Both the position numbers and the translations under genes were made by a program. Of a stretch of 32,000 bases of DNA, positions 29,671-32,000 are shown piece after piece (position 1 is the stretch's first letter; every line of letters starts with the position of its first letter). Origin of the DNA: Kineococcus radiotolerans SRS30216 = ATCC BAA-149 (GTDB lineage: Bacteria > Actinomycetota > Actinomycetes > Actinomycetales > Kineococcaceae); contig NC_009664.2 in the NCBI RefSeq assembly GCF_000017305.1, positions 1,620,001 to 1,652,000 of the forward strand. Reading direction: 5' to 3'. A model generated the notes under the pieces. The model was not told where the DNA came from. It did no database searches and saw nothing but the letters and a program-made list of their open reading frames with translations.

Positions 29671-31385
29671 GGTTTCCCCTCCGGAGCGGGCACTGGCTGC
29701 TCATGGTCCCCCACCGGGGGACGTGCTGGCGATTCGCGGTGGGCGCCGGGGCCCCCGGGGTCCTCGGGCTCGCCCAGGGCCCCGCGGAGGCGGCGCAGGA
29801 CGCCCTCGACCTCCTCGGCCAGGCCGGCGTCGTTGCCGCGGGCGAGGCCGGCGACGGTCACCGCCGTCGCCCCGCCCGCGGCCACGGCCTTCACCCAGAC
29901 CCGGCGGCGGGGCAGGAACAGCGAGAGGATCAGCCCCGTCGTGGCGAGCAGGGAGAAGACGAGCGCCGCGGTCTGGCCCGGGGTGTGGCGGACGTCGAAG
30001 GAGGCGAAGCGCTCCACGTCGCGGAACTCCACCGACCCGAGGCCGCCGGGCAGCTGCACGGTCTGCCCGGGCACCATCGAGAGGGCCACCCACTGCCCGT
30101 CGTCGCCGACGAGCCGCTGCATCCCCGCGGTCTCAAGGGTGTAGACGTTCTGGGCCTTCCCGTCGTCGAGACCGAGGTCGCCGGTCCAGACCTGCAGGGC
30201 CAGGAACGGGTTGGCCGCGTCGGGGAACCCCGACACGGGGGTGCCGTCGGCTCCCGTCGTCGCCGAGGGCAGGAACACCCCCTGCAACCCGATCTGCACG
30301 GGGTTCCCGGCCGCGTCGACGGCGTCGGGCACCTTGACCACGCCGATGGAGTCGTAGTTGCCCGTCTGCGGCAGGAAGGGGGTGGGGCCGTCCTGGACGA
30401 CGTTGCCCTGCCCGTCGCGCACCACGACGACGGGGGCGTAGCCGTTGCCGGAGAGCGAGATCTGAGTGCCGCCGACCTTCGCGGGGTGGTTGACCCGGAT
30501 CGTCTCCTCCCGCGCCGGCGCGCCCGGCTCGTCGGTGAGGGTGACGTGGGCGGCGAAGGTGCGGGGCTCCCCGATCTGGGAGGTCTGCCGGGCCTCGAAG
30601 GACACGTCCATCGCGTCCAGCGACAGCGTGAACGGCGGGACGTCGTCCTGCCCCGTCCACACCCCGCCGGTGAAGCTGTCGAAGGTCGTGCCGACCATCG
30701 TCCCGCCCACGGTCACCAGGCGCTGACCGGAGTAGGAGAACAGCGAGCTGGAGGCGACGGCGACGAGCAGGCCCACCAGGGACAGGTGGAAGAGCAGGTT
30801 GCCGGTCTCGCGGTGGTGGCCCTTCTCCGCCGCCACCGACCCCTCGCGCCGGTCGACGCGGAAGCGGCGCCGGGCCAGCACCTCGCGGGCGGCGTCGAGG
30901 ACCTCCTCGGGACCCGCGGCGACGGTCGCGGCGCGGTGCTCCGGCAGCCGCTCCAGGCGGGCCGGGGTGCGCGGCGGGCGCGAGCGCAGCGCCTTGAGGT
31001 GCACCCCGGCGCGCGGGAGGACGCAGCCGACGAGGGAGATGAAGAGCAGCAGGTAGATCGCGGAGAACCAGACCGAGGAGTACACGTGGAACCCCTGCAG
31101 GCGCTCCACCCAGGGCCCGGCCGTGGGGTGGTCCTGCATCCACGTCGCGACCCCGGCCGGGTCGTTGTTCTGCTGGGGGAACGTGGAGCCGGGGACGGCG
31201 GCGACGGCCAGCAGCATGAGCAGGAACAGCGCGGTGCGCATGCTGGTGAGCTGGCGCCAGCAGTAGCGCAGGAACTCCAGCGGCTTCAGCTCCGGGGCCA
31301 GCTCGCGCTTGGGCCGGGAGGCGTTCTCGCTGTCGCGGTACGCGTCGCGGAGGTCGTCGAGGTGGGTCTCGTCGGTTCGGGCCAT
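29667..31385 (-). CDS. resB: Cytochrome c biogenesis protein ResB/Ccs1
   Basis: 572 aa from ATG 31385 (MARTDETHLDD...LEFLRYCWRQLTSMRTALFLLMLLAVAAVPGSTFPQ...). N-terminal TM pair, large extracytoplasmic domain and C-terminal TM. The upstream part of the track ORF is a shadow of ccdA. Confidence 0.9.
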   Translation of the reverse strand: MARTDETHLDDLRDAYRDSENASRPKRELAPELKPLEFLRYCWRQLTSMRTALFLLMLLAVAAVPGSTFPQQNNDPAGVATWMQDHPTAGPWVERLQGFHVYSSVWFSAIYLLLFISLVGCVLPRAGVHLKALRSRPPRTPARLERLPEHRAATVAAGPEEVLDAAREVLARRRFRVDRREGSVAAEKGHHRETGNLLFHLSLVGLLVAVASSSLFSYSGQRLVTVGGTMVGTTFDSFTGGVWTGQDDVPPFTLSLDAMDVSFEARQTSQIGEPRTFAAHVTLTDEPGAPAREETIRVNHPAKVGGTQISLSGNGYAPVVVVRDGQGNVVQDGPTPFLPQTGNYDSIGVVKVPDAVDAAGNPVQIGLQGVFLPSATTGADGTPVSGFPDAANPFLALQVWTGDLGLDDGKAQNVYTLETAGMQRLVGDDGQWVALSMVPGQTVQLPGGLGSVEFRDVERFASFDVRHTPGQTAALVFSLLATTGLILSLFLPRRRVWVKAVAAGGATAVTVAGLARGNDAGLAEEVEGVLRRLRGALGEPEDPGGPGAHRESPARPPVGDHEQPVPAPEGKP

Positions 31386-31387
31386 GC

Positions 31388-32000
31388 TCAGATCACCGGC
31401 TGGAAGTTGGAGACGAGGTGGGACTGCAGCCAGCTCACCAGGGTCTGGAAGTGCCCGGTGACGAGCAGCAGGCCGATGACGACCAGCAGCACCGCCCCGA
31501 AGCGGTCGAGGGCGACCCGGTGGCGGCGCAGCGCGCCGAGGACGCGCATGCCCCGGCCGTAGGCCATCGCCACCAGGACGAAGGGGACGCCGAGCCCGAG
31601 GCAGTAGACGAGGCCGAGGGTCGTGGCCCGCGACCCGCTGGCCGTGGTGAACGCCATGGCCGAGATCGCGGCGAAGATCGGGCCGATGCACGGCGTCCAG
31701 CCGAGGCCGAAGAGGAACCCGAGGACGGGGGCGCCGAGCAGGCCCGCCCGCGGCCGCCAGCGGACCTTGAGCTCGCGCTGGGCCCACAGCGGGGAGAGCA
31801 GCAGGAGCAGGCCGCCCGCGAGGACGACGAGGCCGAGCACCCGCTGCAGCACGCCCTGGTGCTCCTTCAGCAGGTCCCCCGCGGCGCCCGCGGTGAAGCT
31901 GATGAGCACGAAGACGACGGAGAAGCCGAGGACGAACAGCAGCGACCCGAGGAGCATCCGTCCCCGTCGCTGCCGCTCCAGGTCCCCGCCGGACAGGCCC
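31388..32000 (-). CDS. ccdA: Cytochrome c-type biogenesis thiol-disulfide transporter CcdA (DsbD family); 5' end beyond the window
   Basis: The frame stays open upstream of the listed Met to the window edge (...[30 protein letters not shown]...). Contains the GWTPCIGP motif. Stop is 2 nt before the resB ATG. Confidence 0.85.
   Translation of the reverse strand, partial: GLSGGDLERQRRGRMLLGSLLFVLGFSVVFVLISFTAGAAGDLLKEHQGVLQRVLGLVVLAGGLLLLLSPLWAQRELKVRWRPRAGLLGAPVLGFLFGLGWTPCIGPIFAAISAMAFTTASGSRATTLGLVYCLGLGVPFVLVAMAYGRGMRVLGALRRHRVALDRFGAVLLVVIGLLLVTGHFQTLVSWLQSHLVSNFQPVI

Noticed and set aside
26107-29704. Long minus-strand ORFs 26107..28332 (741 aa) and 28091..29704 (537 aa), and plus-strand ORFs 28702..30144 and 29703..31562
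   Set aside because: All are Arg/Pro/Gly-rich shadows of menA, the S51 peptidase, ccsB and resB. None has motifs or hydrophobic segments consistent with a real protein.
1-32000. Search for mobile elements, prophage remnants, integrases, terminal inverted repeats or abrupt compositional islands
   Set aside because: None seen. Composition and codon bias look uniform apart from short AT-enriched promoter islands (about 11570-11625 and 24640-24760). All large genes have housekeeping-type functions.

Overview
Very GC-rich window (visually over 70% G+C; codon position 3 is almost always G/C). It looks like an actinobacterial chromosome and is densely coding, with about 30 genes. Most long ORFs in the track are Arg/Pro/Gly-rich shadow frames opposite real genes. 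The core is a respiratory neighbourhood. It carries menaquinone genes (menD, menG/ubiE, a MenJ-like prenyl reductase, a long-chain polyprenyl-PP synthase, menC, menB, menE, menA), followed by the cytochrome c maturation operon ccdA-resB-ccsB. From memory, this is the same backbone as the Mycobacterium tuberculosis Rv0527-Rv0562 region. Non-men genes are interspersed: an fprA-etfB-etfA operon, RarD, a four-carbon acid sugar kinase, a split LigC/Prim-PolC repair pair and an orphan methyl-accepting chemotaxis protein. Others are a YdiI/PaaI-type thioesterase, MprF, a small-ORF+GAF pair, two tandem GGDEF-EAL proteins, an S51 peptidase and several tiny membrane proteins. I saw no tRNA/rRNA, CRISPR, transposase or integrase. 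I found no convincing wholly novel multi-gene system. The signals most worth follow-up are these: (1) an AT-rich near-consensus Rex/CRP-type palindrome in front of the prenyl reductase/polyprenyl synthase operon. (2) The thioesterase divergent from menD, as a candidate for the missing DHNA-CoA hydrolase. (3) The c-di-GMP gene pair with complementary domain degeneracy, wedged between menB and menE. (4) An unrecognised small ORF translationally coupled to a GAF protein upstream of menC-mprF. (5) A recurring -10-hexamer/N6-7/start-codon (leaderless) architecture. (6) G-quadruplex-type tandem repeats in two men intergenic regions. All homology calls come from reading motifs by eye; no searches were run.
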